Source of the DNA: an uncultured Trueperaceae bacterium
GTDB taxonomy: Bacteria; Deinococcota; Deinococci; Deinococcales; Trueperaceae
Assembly (NCBI GenBank): GCA_963799485.1
Contig: CAWCXJ010000007.1
Span: 32,001 to 96,000, forward strand
Reading direction: 5' to 3'
DNA: 64,000 nt
In this document: one piece after another, positions 1 through 12,653 of the stretch
How the letters are laid out: each line of letters opens with the position of its first letter
How positions within the stretch are numbered: position 1 is the stretch's first letter
Program-made: the position numbers and the translations under genes
Notes under the pieces: model-generated
What the model saw: only the letters and a program-made list of their open reading frames with translations
Told to the model about the DNA's origin: nothing
Databases searched by the model: none

Positions 1-2
1 AG

Positions 3-251
3 GAGTTCGTTTTGCTGCTTTACGACGCGACGCTCATACAGCTGACCGAGGTCGTCGAGCGTATTCGGCTCGAGCTGAGTGAGACGCCCCTTGTCCCCAT
101 CGCCTGGCCCCTGACGCTCTCCGCCGGGCTCGCAGGGGGCAGCGTGCCGGTCGGCGAAGAGAACCTGCATCACTGGCTTGAGGCCGCCGACCAGGCGCTC
201 CTTAAAGCCAAACAAACGGGCCGCGACCGCGTCGAGGTTGCCGCGTCCTGA
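3..251 (+). CDS. Diguanylate cyclase (GGDEF domain), C-terminal part; runs off the window start
   Basis: Frame opens ...EFVLLL (end of GGEEF motif) and ends LTLSAG...ADQALLKAKQTGRDRV, the typical GGDEF C-terminus. Confidence 0.85.
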   Translation, partial: EFVLLLYDATLIQLTEVVERIRLELSETPLVPIAWPLTLSAGLAGGSVPVGEENLHHWLEAADQALLKAKQTGRDRVEVAAS

Positions 252-262
252 CACTTTTTTCT

Positions 263-306
263 GCGTGGGTTTACTGCATGAAGTTACCGCGTGGGTTTAC
301 TGCATG
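263..306. repeat. 18-bp direct repeat GCGTGGGTTTACTGCATG x2 (263-280, 289-306) spanning the stop of the 297..500 gene
   Basis: Exact repeat read in the sequence. Confidence 0.9.
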
Positions 307-500
307 GGACGAAAAACACCGAGCAGAAAAACCATAATCCCCATCGCTAAAAGTGCGAATCCTACCAGGATGTAAACACCCGCATGGTTTTTGCCGGTGA
401 TGAGGTCTTTGTTTCGCGCGCCGCTGCGAATCCCGTAGCCCAGAAAAATCAGGCTTAAAACCAGCATCGCCCCACCCACGAACATATCGAGTCCTGCCAT
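297..500 (-). CDS. Small two-helix membrane protein, unknown function
   Basis: 67 aa with two hydrophobic segments; AGGGGG RBS-like sequence upstream. Confidence 0.7.
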   Translation of the reverse strand: MAGLDMFVGGAMLVLSLIFLGYGIRSGARNKDLITGKNHAGVYILVGFALLAMGIMVFLLGVFRPMQ

Positions 501-578
501 CTTCCCCCCTTTGCCTACATAATAGACGTCAAAATTACCGAAACATGAGATGAGCTTCCGGGCTCCGGGGTTTCAGTG

Positions 579-1991
579 TCAGCCGCGCAGCGCGAGGCGG
601 GCAAGCTCGAGGAGCACTTTGGGCGGCGTGCGGACAAGCTGCGTTTTTTGTGGCCTCTGCGCCGCCACCTCCAACCGCCGGAAAAGCTCGTCGAACACAG
701 CGTCGGGCAGGTTGAGCGCCGGCGTCAGGCGCACGGTGCGGCTGGCGTTAAGCGTATAGCACGCATGAACTCCCGAGTAGTGCAGGGTTCTTAGGGCGAG
801 CGCGCTGCCGAGCTGGGCGGTGAGTTCAGCGCCGAGCCCCAACCGGGTCAAAGGCGGCAACACTGCGCGGAGTTGAACGGCAAAGAGCATTCCCGCACCG
901 CGCACCGCACCGAAAAAGTCCGGATAGGTGTTAGCGAGAGCCTCGAGCCTCATCAGTCCCCGTTGGCCCAGCACACGCGCGCGTTCAGTCAAGCCCTCGT
1001 CTTCGATCAGCTCAAGCGATTTAAGTCCGACTGCCATCGCCAGCGAACCGCCGCCGAAAGTGCTCGAGTGCCGTTTGCTGGCGAGCCCGCCGAGCATCTT
1101 TTGCATCACTTCTCGCCGGGCGATGGTTGCGCCGACGGGGACGAGGCCGCCGCCGAGCGGTTTGGCGAGGGTGAGAATATCGGGCTCCAAACCAAGCGCA
1201 ACACTGGCGAAGTCGTAACCACACCGTCCCAGACCACTTTGAATCTCGTCGGCAACGACTAAAAACCCGTATTTTTGAGCGAGTTCGATAATTTTGGGCA
1301 AAAACTCGGGCGGCGGGGTGATGACGCCGCCTTCGCCTTGAATGGGTTCGACGACAACCGCGCCCACTGCCTTACCATGTCGGGCAAGCGCGTCGGTGAG
1401 CGCCTGCGCGTCGCCGTAAGGGAGCGTCAGCACATCATCCAGCAGAGGCCGAAAGAGCTCCTGATACTCTTCATTAGGCGTTAAGGACAGTGCGCCGAAC
1501 GTCTTACCGTGATAGCCGCGCGTAAAGTTGATGATTTTGGGCGCTTTGGGCCGGGCAGCCCGGACGAGTTTGAGCGCCGTCTCGATGGCCTCTGCGCCAC
1601 TGTTCGAGAAAAACACCTGCGAGTCGTAGTGGCTCGGCGCGTGCCTGGCGAGCAGCGCGACGAGGTTGGTTGCGAGCGCCGCCCGCCACGCCGAGGCCGA
1701 CTGTTGCGGCAGGCCCATCCCCCGGTTTTCACGAAAGTAGCGCTGCACAAACGTTACGAGCGGCGGGTACAACTCGCCAAAGGGCAGCGCCGCGTAACCA
1801 CCTGCGTTAATCAGGTGGCGACCGTCCGGAGCGCGCAACTCCCACGGGCTCAGCACTTCAAACGGCCCGGCAATCCCTAACGCGCCCAAAACGCGGATCA
1901 GGTCGGCGTTGCCGTGCCGGGTCTCGAGCCCCCGCACCCCACCCGCCGGGAGCGACCCGAATAGTTCGTCGGTACGAATCGGTAAGCTCAT
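579..1991 (-). CDS. Class III PLP-dependent aminotransferase (ornithine/putrescine aminotransferase family)
   Basis: NSGAEAIE, YHGKT, EPIQGEGG, DEIQSGLGR, TLAKPLGGG, HSSTFGG motifs. Confidence 0.9.
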   Translation of the reverse strand: MSLPIRTDELFGSLPAGGVRGLETRHGNADLIRVLGALGIAGPFEVLSPWELRAPDGRHLINAGGYAALPFGELYPPLVTFVQRYFRENRGMGLPQQSASAWRAALATNLVALLARHAPSHYDSQVFFSNSGAEAIETALKLVRAARPKAPKIINFTRGYHGKTFGALSLTPNEEYQELFRPLLDDVLTLPYGDAQALTDALARHGKAVGAVVVEPIQGEGGVITPPPEFLPKIIELAQKYGFLVVADEIQSGLGRCGYDFASVALGLEPDILTLAKPLGGGLVPVGATIARREVMQKMLGGLASKRHSSTFGGGSLAMAVGLKSLELIEDEGLTERARVLGQRGLMRLEALANTYPDFFGAVRGAGMLFAVQLRAVLPPLTRLGLGAELTAQLGSALALRTLHYSGVHACYTLNASRTVRLTPALNLPDAVFDELFRRLEVAAQRPQKTQLVRTPPKVLLELARLALRG

Positions 1992-2015
1992 CGGTAGGTC
2001 AAGGGGCGCAGCACC

Positions 2016-2627
2016 TTAAGGGCGAAACACCGTAACGTTACCCGCCTGGTCGGTCACGGTGATTTCGACGTCGCCTGTGACCTCGAAGGTAAAAGGCACC
2101 TGCGCTGCCGGAGCAAACGAGTAGACCGTCTCCCCCGCCGCAATCTTGCTTACCAGGTCGTTATCCTGGGCCGTTCCCGAAACGCGGGTACGCCCAGCGC
2201 CCAAACTCTCGACGCCGCTCAGCGTGACCGTCGGCGGAGTCCCGTCGATCTCCAGAGGGAAAGTCAGCGCCGTCGCCCGTCCGTCTACGTCGGTGACTAG
2301 AATTTCCGAACGCCACAGACCTTCACGCACCTGACGCGGGCGAAAGCCGAAATTGATGAGTTTTTTGCCGCGCTCTCCCGAGTATCCGGGCGCGTCTAGA
2401 ATTTCGGTATCATCGACCCGGATACTCGCTACGCCCACATCGTCCATCGCGTAACCGACGATTTGCAGGTCGCTTTCAGCCCGAACGGAGGTGCCCTGCG
2501 GTTCGGTAATCGTTACGACCGGGGCGAGTGCGTCGCCGCGTCCGGCGCAACCTGCGAGCGCCGCCAGCAGCGGCACAACCACTGTCAGCGGTAAGCGTTT
2601 CAATTGCCGTAAACATGTGCGTTTCAC
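2016..2627 (-). CDS. Lipoprotein with Ig-like beta-sandwich repeats
   Basis: Lipobox LAGC; repeated APVVTITEP / PPTVTL...G.A.D...TD.AGN pattern; TAGACT-N6-GTG leaderless start. Confidence 0.75.
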   Translation of the reverse strand: MKRTCLRQLKRLPLTVVVPLLAALAGCAGRGDALAPVVTITEPQGTSVRAESDLQIVGYAMDDVGVASIRVDDTEILDAPGYSGERGKKLINFGFRPRQVREGLWRSEILVTDVDGRATALTFPLEIDGTPPTVTLSGVESLGAGRTRVSGTAQDNDLVSKIAAGETVYSFAPAAQVPFTFEVTGDVEITVTDQAGNVTVFRP

Positions 2628-2947
2628 TCTGCCAGTCTACGCTACTACCGGACTTTGCTTATAGGGCTTTGTTGAACAAAGTAGCTGCGCCCCCGGACTT
2701 TCACATCGAAACCGCCCTGCCGGATTCTCGAGCGTTAGCAAAGATTTGCCAGACACTCACTTTAGAGCCGACAATTTTGTTAAACTACACGCAACAGTTT
2801 TCAGGTGCATTTAAGCACCGACTTCAGGAGGGAGAGCCGTTGTCATAGGCGTAGCAGCGACAGCTGTAAAGCCAAGCTGGGCTTGGTGCAACCATTTTCT
2901 CGTAACGCCGACCAAAAAACTCGAGACGAAAAGATCAAGGAGTTTAG

Positions 2948-4712
2948 ATGAAAAAAATGTTACTACTCCTAGCCCCCCTCGGGCTAAGTGCAGCGCTCGC
3001 CCAAAGCGCCCAAGACACCTACATCGAACAGGGCATCGGTGAGGTCGATACGCTCGACCCGGTGCAGGCCTATGACACTTCTTCAGGCCAGATTATCGAG
3101 AACGTTTACGAAAAGCTTTACGGTTACCAAGGTGAAAGCGTCACCGAGTATGAGCCGGTGCTCGCCACCGGCTACCAGGTTTCAGACGACAACCTTACCT
3201 ACACCTTTGACCTGCGCGAAGGTGTGACCTTTCATAGCGGCAACGCTTTTTCATGTAAAGACGTCGAGTATTCATACGAACGCGCGCTAGTCGTCAACCC
3301 CCCCGACTCCGGCGCGTGGATTCTGATGGAGCCCTTGACGGGCTACTACTCGGACGCCAACACCGAACTCGGCGAAGGTGCCACCGATCAGCAGTACGCC
3401 GACTTTTTTGCCACGATAGACAACAGCGTCGAATGTCCCGACGGCCCCGACGGGCTTACCGTACAGTTCAACTTGGCACAGGCCGACCCGACCTTCTTCC
3501 CGAAAACGCTCTTTTCTGCTGCGTCTATCGTAGACAAAGCGTGGGCGGTAGAGAACGGTATGTGGGACGGCACCGAAGCCACCTGGCGCGACTGGATCGG
3601 CGTCGATTTACGCGAATCGTACCTGCAGAGCAATATGAGCGGCACCGGCCCCTACCAACTCGTAAACTGGAATGTGGGCACCAGCGTGATCGCCGAAGCG
3701 TATCCGGACTACTGGGGTGAAGCGCCTGCTATTAAAAACGTTCAGATTCAGCTTGTCGAGGACGCCGCGCCGCGCATTTTAGCGTTGCAACAGGGCGACG
3801 CCGACAGCGTTTACCTCGAGCGCTCCGCTTTGGGACAAGTTGAGGGGCAATCAGGTATCACCGTCGAAGATGCCGCTACCGATCCGAGCCTTGATTGGAG
3901 TTCAGTCAACGTAGGCGCGATCTTTCTAAACGAAGCTGTTGAGCCCAATAATAACCCCAACATCGGTTCGGGTCAGCTCGACGGTCAGGGCATCCCCTCC
4001 GGACTTCTTTACCGACGTAAACGTGCGTAAGTGCTTTAACTACTCGTTCGACCCGCAAGCGTATATCGATCAGCTGCTTCAGGGCCAAGGTCAGCAGATT
4101 ACCATGGCGTTGCCGCCCTCGTACCTCGGTTACGACCCTGAAATCCCGACCTACAACTACGACCCCGGTGCTGCCGAGGAAGCTTGCCGCGCGGCCTGGG
4201 ACGGTCAGGTTTGGGAAAACGGTTTTGAAATGACGCTCGCTTACAATACCGGTAACGACGTGCGTCAAGCAGCTTTGCAAATCCTCAAAGCAAACCTCGA
4301 GTTCTTGAACCCGAAGTTCCGTATCAACGTGCGCGGTATCGCGTGGCCCGACTTTTTAGACCAGCGCGGTCAGAACCTCTTACCCGTCTCGGCCATTTCT
4401 TGGGTTCCTGATTACGCCGACCCCGACAACTACATCCACACGTTCTACGCCGAGGGTGGTTACTACGCCGATCAGTCGAGCTTCTCCGACCCGCAGATCA
4501 ACGAGTGGGATCAGCAAGCGCGGACTTCTTTCGATGAAGAAGAGCGCGCCAGACTCTACGGTCAGATCGGTCAACGCGCCTATGAGCTTGCACCTTATGT
4601 GCTTACCCCTATGGGCGTTCCTTTCATTGTTCGCCGCAGCAACTTGCAAGGCACCTACTACAATCCCATGCTAAGTGGTACTTACCTCTGGAAAAACCTC
4701 TCCAAGAACTAA
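2948..4712 (+). CDS. Peptide/oligopeptide ABC transporter substrate-binding protein (family 5); +1 frameshift near 3995-4000
   Basis: TLDP..AYD, LREGVTFH, GTGPY in ORF 2948..4030; WVPDYADPDN in ORF 3939..4712; removing one base gives GIPPDFFTDVNVR. Confidence 0.9.
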
Positions 4713-4721
4713 AAGTGCTGT

Positions 4722-4751
4722 AGGGGAAGGGTCTAGCCCTTCCCCTTTTTT
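4722..4751 (+). terminator. Intra-operon hairpin plus U-tract after the binding-protein gene
   Basis: AGGGGAAGGG-tctag-CCCTTCCCCT followed by T run. Confidence 0.75.
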
Positions 4752-4766
4752 GTAAGGAGGGGTCAC

Positions 4767-5789
4767 GTGTTTGCTTTTGTCGTTCGGCGCATTCTGTTTT
4801 TGCCGGTCATCTTTATCGGTGTCACACTCTTTATCGTTTTACTTATGCAACTTCTCAGCCCCTACGAGCGCGCTGTTACCTTCGTTACCTCAGAGGTGCA
4901 GCTCCGCAATATCGACGCCATCATCGAGCAGTACGGCCTTAACGATCCCTGGTACGTGCAGTACTGGAACTGGCTGTCTCAGGCTTTGCAGGGTAACTTG
5001 GGTTTTTCTCGAGTCACCAATCAGCCCGTTTTGACAACTATCGCGCAGCGGCTACCCAACACTATCGAGCTGGCTGTCTTGACACTGATTCCGACCATCG
5101 GCTTTGGAATTTGGCTCGGCACCGCCGCCGCCCTAAACCGTGACCGTTTTATCGATCAGGTGTCGCGTGTCACGTCCATCTTTTTCTGGTCGTTGCCGAC
5201 GTTCGTATTAGCCATCTGGTTACTTATCATCTTTTACGGCGGCTTTAACCTGTTTGGTTTGGGTCAGTTGTCTTCAAATTTTGCGCGGGCGGTGATCAGG
5301 CCCGAGTTCGAGCGCTACACCGGTTTTATGACGCTGGACGCACTCCTCAACGGTCGTTTTGACATTTTCTGGAACGCGCTGATGCACCTCGTGTTGCCGG
5401 TATCTACGCTCGTTTTGGTGATCAGCGCGCAGATTGTGCGGGTGATGCGCTCGTCGCTTTTGGATACGCTATCACAAGACTATGTGCGGACGGCGCGGGC
5501 CAAGGGGCTGTCGAACTCGGTGGTCAACCACAAGCACGCGCGGCGAAACGCGCTCATTCCGGTTCTTACCCTTTCCGGTTTTACTTTGGTCGGACTCCTT
5601 AACGGTTCGGTGATTGTCGAGACGATTTTCGCGCTGCCCGGCGTCGGTAAATGGCTTGCAGACGCCGCTGTGCAGCTCGACTACGCAGCCGTACTGGGGG
5701 GCGCGGTTTTTGTAGGCCTTCTGGTTGTCATCGGCAACCTTATCGTCGACATTCTCTACGCGGTCGTAGACCCAAGGATACGGTACTGA
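4767..5789 (+). CDS. Peptide ABC transporter permease (OppB/DppB type)
   Basis: YGLNDP..VQY, DYVRTARAKGL, HARRNAL, VETIF..PG.G. Confidence 0.92.
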   Translation: MFAFVVRRILFLPVIFIGVTLFIVLLMQLLSPYERAVTFVTSEVQLRNIDAIIEQYGLNDPWYVQYWNWLSQALQGNLGFSRVTNQPVLTTIAQRLPNTIELAVLTLIPTIGFGIWLGTAAALNRDRFIDQVSRVTSIFFWSLPTFVLAIWLLIIFYGGFNLFGLGQLSSNFARAVIRPEFERYTGFMTLDALLNGRFDIFWNALMHLVLPVSTLVLVISAQIVRVMRSSLLDTLSQDYVRTARAKGLSNSVVNHKHARRNALIPVLTLSGFTLVGLLNGSVIVETIFALPGVGKWLADAAVQLDYAAVLGGAVFVGLLVVIGNLIVDILYAVVDPRIRY

Positions 5790-6847
5790 TGGACAGCACC
5801 CAACCCGGCGCAGGCGGAATGAACGCCGAAGACGAGGTGATGCTCCAAAAGGCGGCCTCGAGCAACTGGTGGAAGTCAAAAACGATGAAACGTTTTCGGC
5901 GCAACCCGCTTGCGGTCGTCGGTGCGCTGCTTTTGATTTCTTTTGTAGTTATTGCCCTTTTTGCTGCGCCACTTACCTCATATCAGCTTATCAACACCCG
6001 CAACACCTGTGTGCGCGACCTCGGTTTGTCGGCCTCTACGGTTACAGACGTTCGTAACCCACTCAAGGCAGTTTTTTGGCGCGCCGTCGTGCTGCCACCT
6101 AGCGCCTGCTTCGATATTCCCCGCGTGTCTTACTCCCCTATTCCGACGCCTGCCTCGGAAGGAACTTTTCTAGGCACCACAGGCGGCGGTTACGATATCT
6201 ACTACGGCCTTATCTGGGGTGCGCGCTCGGCCTTTTATGCGGGCGTTATCGTCACCGGGTTCAGCGTTCTCGTAGGCATCATCGTCGGCAGCATCTCCGG
6301 GTTTTTCGGAGGTTGGATAGACAATATATTGATGCGGCTTGTTGACATTATCTTTGCCATTCCGGGCCTCGTCCTCGCTATCGTTATCGTCGCCATTTTA
6401 GGTCAAGGCCTGACCAATGTCATCCTCGCCCTCTCCATCTTCGGCTGGGCAACCTATGCCCGCTTGCTGCGTGGCGACGTAATGCAACTTAAAGAACGTG
6501 AGTTTATAGATGGTGCGCGCGCGCTCGGTGCGGGAAACAGCCGACTGATCTTTCGTCATATCCTGCCCAACTCTATAGGCCCGCTGCTGATTATTGCAAG
6601 TTTGGATATCGGCTCGGTCGTTCTTTCGGTTGCCGCACTGAGTTTTTTAGGGCTCGGCGCGCCCGTTGGGTACGCCGACTGGGGCCAGATGATCAACTTC
6701 GCGCGTGGTTGGCTCCAGGGGCCGCCCGGACAACCCTTTGCCTACTGGTATGTGTCGTTCTGGCCGGGGCTGATTATCGTCTTGTTCGTTCTCGGTTGGA
6801 ACCTTTTGGGTGACGCTGTGCGGGACGTTCTCGACGTTCGCAGCTAG
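5789..6847 (+). CDS. Peptide ABC transporter permease (OppC/DppC type)
   Basis: RFRRNPLA, EFIDGARALGA, HILPN, LSFLGLG; ATG overlaps the upstream TGA. Confidence 0.92.
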   Translation: MDSTQPGAGGMNAEDEVMLQKAASSNWWKSKTMKRFRRNPLAVVGALLLISFVVIALFAAPLTSYQLINTRNTCVRDLGLSASTVTDVRNPLKAVFWRAVVLPPSACFDIPRVSYSPIPTPASEGTFLGTTGGGYDIYYGLIWGARSAFYAGVIVTGFSVLVGIIVGSISGFFGGWIDNILMRLVDIIFAIPGLVLAIVIVAILGQGLTNVILALSIFGWATYARLLRGDVMQLKEREFIDGARALGAGNSRLIFRHILPNSIGPLLIIASLDIGSVVLSVAALSFLGLGAPVGYADWGQMINFARGWLQGPPGQPFAYWYVSFWPGLIIVLFVLGWNLLGDAVRDVLDVRS

Positions 6848-6850
6848 GCT

Positions 6851-7438
6851 CTAACGTAGTTCAAACGTTGCCGCGTTCTTCCGGTTGAGTGACTCTTCCG
6901 GGGGAGCGCGGTTTAATTTGAGAATAAACGCGGTCAGCGCGTAGCTCTGCTCATCGTTCAGCGTCCCCGGTGCGTGCCGCGGCATCGCTGCACGGATGAA
7001 AGCCTGTAGCGCTGCTGCATTCTGGAACGCCTCGCGTGCATTCTTGCCCTGTAGCGGCGGCGCAACCCCGATAGAAAACGCGTTTCCTCTGACCGACCGA
7101 CCCCCGACCGACTCGAAGCTACGGTTACCCATCTGTGCTTGCAGTTTGGGATTACCTGGTTTATGACAGCTCTCACAGCGGCGGTGATCTTCGGGAAACG
7201 CAAGGCGGGCCTCGTCCAAACCCCCGCCAGTGTCACCATGGCAGACCGCACAGCGCAGCGCAAAAATCTGCTCGCCCCTGAAGACCTGATGTGTGGCCTG
7301 GGCTGACGCGTCGTCTACTCGAGGTTTTGCAGAGGTGTCCGAAACAGACGTCCCGATAAAAAGACCTGTCGAGCTAAAGGCTAGCAGCGTAAAAACCAAA
7401 CTCCGCATCCAGACGAGTTTACCAGCTCGAGACTTCAA
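6851..7438 (-). CDS. Exported c-type cytochrome with two CxxCH motifs
   Basis: N-terminal hydrophobic stretch; CAVCH and CESCH; C-terminal AMP..PGTL Met-ligand motif. Confidence 0.8.
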   Translation of the reverse strand: MKSRAGKLVWMRSLVFTLLAFSSTGLFIGTSVSDTSAKPRVDDASAQATHQVFRGEQIFALRCAVCHGDTGGGLDEARLAFPEDHRRCESCHKPGNPKLQAQMGNRSFESVGGRSVRGNAFSIGVAPPLQGKNAREAFQNAAALQAFIRAAMPRHAPGTLNDEQSYALTAFILKLNRAPPEESLNRKNAATFELR

Positions 7439-7611
7439 CCCGCCCTGTACCGTCTCCAGCGAGCGCTACCCACGCGCAGCTCGGCAGGTTCACCGCTCTC
7501 AATCTGTAAGGTCGCGTAGGCGATTTCAAAGCGGTTGTAAAGCCCCGACGTGCGGAAGAGTTCGGCAGGTGAGGCGGTAATTTCTTCGCTGAGGCCGGTT
7601 GTCGTTGTCAT
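7435..7611 (-). CDS. Unannotated 58-aa ORF resembling a CDF (CzcD/ZitB) transporter C-terminal fragment
   Basis: Hand translation MTTTTGLSEEITASPAELFRTSGLYNRFEIAYATLQIESGEPAELRVGSARWRRYRAG*; its TGA overlaps the TTG at 7438; LxxRFxIxxATLQIE resembles the CDF C-terminal motif. Confidence 0.45.
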   Translation of the reverse strand: MTTTTGLSEEITASPAELFRTSGLYNRFEIAYATLQIESGEPAELRVGSARWRRYRAG

Positions 7612-7645
7612 ACCGTTGTCATACCGTTGTCATACCGTTGTCATA
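7604..7645. repeat. 11-bp tandem repeat GTTGTCATACC x3.8
   Basis: Units start at 7604, 7615, 7626, 7637. Confidence 0.95.
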
Positions 7646-7717
7646 TCTGAACATATGCAGATACAAGACTATGGAGGGTCGGATGGCCTAGCCGTCAAAC
7701 GGTGTTGAGTTACGAGA

Positions 7718-7750
7718 AAGCCGCACCCGGCTCGAGTCCGGGTGCGGCTT
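7718..7750 (-). terminator. Probable intrinsic terminator of acnA
   Basis: AAGCCGCACCCGG-ctcgagt-CCGGGTGCGGCTT perfect 13-bp stem downstream of the acnA stop. Confidence 0.75.
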
Positions 7751-7789
7751 CTTACTAAACCTTTTGTTAGACTTTTACTTGTTGGACTT

Positions 7790-10518
<2,729 letters not shown>

Positions 10519-10594
10519 GTGTCCTCCTTGATAGGTAGTCTATCGTAGCCGATGTTGTCGCCGAAAACCTTTGTGTACGGAACGTTTGGGCGCG

Positions 10595-11278
10595 TTACAA
10601 AGGTGTAGCCCCACCGTAAATGAAAAAGGTTTCAGTTTGAGTTACGTTACTCTGCCACCCCAACGCTGCTAGAGCCGCCATCAACCGCTCCGGTTCGTAA
10701 AACACTTTGACAATTTCAAACGTTCTGCCGTCGTCCAAACGCCGCCTTACGGTTGTAGCGTCCGGGCCGCTCGGCACCTGGTCTCTGGCGGTTCCTTCAG
10801 GGGCAGGGCGCGAGTCGATAAAAAACACCCGTCCGCCGGGGTTGAGGCACACTTTTACGCCTTCCCAAAACCCGCCAAACCGCTCCGGCGGCACGTGCGA
10901 AAGCCAGAACGAAAAGAACACCGTGTCGAAGCGTCGTTCCGGTTGCCAGTCGAACAGGTCGGCCTGGACATAGTTTATTCCTGCCGACGGGAGCCGCGCC
11001 CGGTTCAACTCGAGCACTTCCGGCGACGCATCTACGGCGGTCAAAGAGTCGCCATAACGCGCCAACTGCTCCGTCCACCACCCCGTCCCGCACGCGAGTT
11101 CCAACACGTCGCCGCGTGGGGCAAAGGTCTCGAGCGCACCCGCCAGCACCTCAACCTCGGCAAACCACTTTTTACGGTGCGCCTCTCCCCGGTCATACCG
11201 CCCCTGCCGTAAAAACCAGGCGTCGTATTCGGACGCCCTCGCCCGGTAATACGCCCTCTGCGACGCCAACAAATCCAT
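10595..11278 (-). CDS. Class I SAM-dependent methyltransferase
   Basis: VLELACGTG motif I, AVDAS, FWLSHVP, LNPGG. Confidence 0.9.
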   Translation of the reverse strand: MDLLASQRAYYRARASEYDAWFLRQGRYDRGEAHRKKWFAEVEVLAGALETFAPRGDVLELACGTGWWTEQLARYGDSLTAVDASPEVLELNRARLPSAGINYVQADLFDWQPERRFDTVFFSFWLSHVPPERFGGFWEGVKVCLNPGGRVFFIDSRPAPEGTARDQVPSGPDATTVRRRLDDGRTFEIVKVFYEPERLMAALAALGWQSNVTQTETFFIYGGATPL

Positions 11279-11319
11279 GTGCGCCTCCTAAACTTCAGTG
11301 TGACGGTAAGCTGCGTGAT

Positions 11320-11964
11320 ATGGAAAACCAAAAATCACCCAGCCTGACCGTAACCGACCCGGACGCAGCAGCGGCCCTCACGAATCCGAAGACTTTACGG
11401 CAGCTCAAGCCTTTCTTAAACCGGGAACGCACCGTGTTGGAGGCCGCGCAAGAAACCGGGGTTAAACCTAATACGATGCTGGCCCGGGTCCGCAAGTTTA
11501 CGGCGTTGGGGCTTTTGATGGTGACCCGCGAGGTGCCGCGTGCCGGACGCGCCGTCAAAGTCTACCGGAGCCGCGCCGAAAGTTTTTTTGTGCCGTATGA
11601 GGTGACGCCATCCGAGACGTTGGGAGCCGCGATGCAGGAGCGCGAACGCTACTGGGAAGAGCTTTTACGGCAGAACGTCGTGCGGGTGCGGGGTGAAGAT
11701 GTCGGCTCATGGGGCACGCGCATCTACCGCGATGTGCGCGGTCGGTTGCAGGTGCAGGCCGCCGTTACACCCGAGCAAAATTACACACTTTTAGCGCCCG
11801 AACGCCCCGCCGCCCTGTCCGCTTGGCGCGACGCGGTGTATCTGGACTTCGACGACGCGAAGACCTTGCAGCGAGAGATGTTTGCGCTTTTGAAAAAGTA
11901 TCAGCAGAAGGCGGGGGCGCAGCGTTATATCTTGCATTTGGGCTTAGCCCCTATTCGGACGTAG
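11320..11964 (+). CDS. Winged-helix (ArsR-like HTH) protein
   Basis: TVLEAAQETGVKPNTMLARVRKF..LGLL...GRAVKVY; TAAGCT-N7-ATG start at 11320. Confidence 0.75.
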   Translation: MENQKSPSLTVTDPDAAAALTNPKTLRQLKPFLNRERTVLEAAQETGVKPNTMLARVRKFTALGLLMVTREVPRAGRAVKVYRSRAESFFVPYEVTPSETLGAAMQERERYWEELLRQNVVRVRGEDVGSWGTRIYRDVRGRLQVQAAVTPEQNYTLLAPERPAALSAWRDAVYLDFDDAKTLQREMFALLKKYQQKAGAQRYILHLGLAPIRT

Positions 11965-11992
11965 TATGAGATTTAAGAACTAAAGTAAATAT

Positions 11993-12653
11993 ATGGACGA
12001 ATTCAGAGCCAAAAGGATTTACGCAACGCTCAACGCGATGGTTTTTATACTTAGTCAGCTAGACCGTCGCTATACTGAACTCGTAGCAATGCTTCACGAT
12101 TATCGGAAAAGTAAGGAACAGGATGGAAAAATTGAAGAGCCACGTCAAGTTACTATGGATATCGGTTATCCGCGTGGCAACTATATGGTTAGTCTCGCGT
12201 GGGACATCGTTGACTGGTGTGACCGCTTAAGAAAAATTGCAGGAGTAAAGGCAGGAATCAAGCGTAGGGATGAATGGTTTCAACAGCTTGAGGCTACTCT
12301 AGAAACCACAAAAGACATCAGGAACTTTTTGCAACATTACGATAGCGAAGTAAACACATTTGTTCTAGGGTCTTATCCACTGATGGGCAGTATCAGCGCA
12401 CACTTCCCCATAGAAGATGGATGGTGTGCTGTGCATACATTATCATGAGCACTCCTATTGCGTCGGTGTATCACAAAGAGTTTAAGATAGCGAGCTTCAC
12501 TAACCCATCCGTCGTAAATGGAGACGTTGACTTAGTAACTTTCTCTGTAGCAGAGAAAGCACTAAATTTGACCGATATAACGGTAAAACTTAGAGAAGCA
12601 AAACTCGGAGTTATATGGAAAAGGAATACGATTTCACATGGCCAGAGTTCTGA
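11993..12653 (+). pseudogene. Low-GC hypothetical gene broken by two frameshifts
   Basis: Visibly AT-rich; ORFs 11993..12448 and 12421..12702 join if a TGTGC duplication (12425-12434) is removed; a third frame gives SYMEKEYDFTWPEF* ending 12653. Confidence 0.55.

Noticed and set aside
7604..7645. Possible CRISPR array
   Set aside because: Units are 11 bp and contiguous with no spacers; no cas genes in the window.
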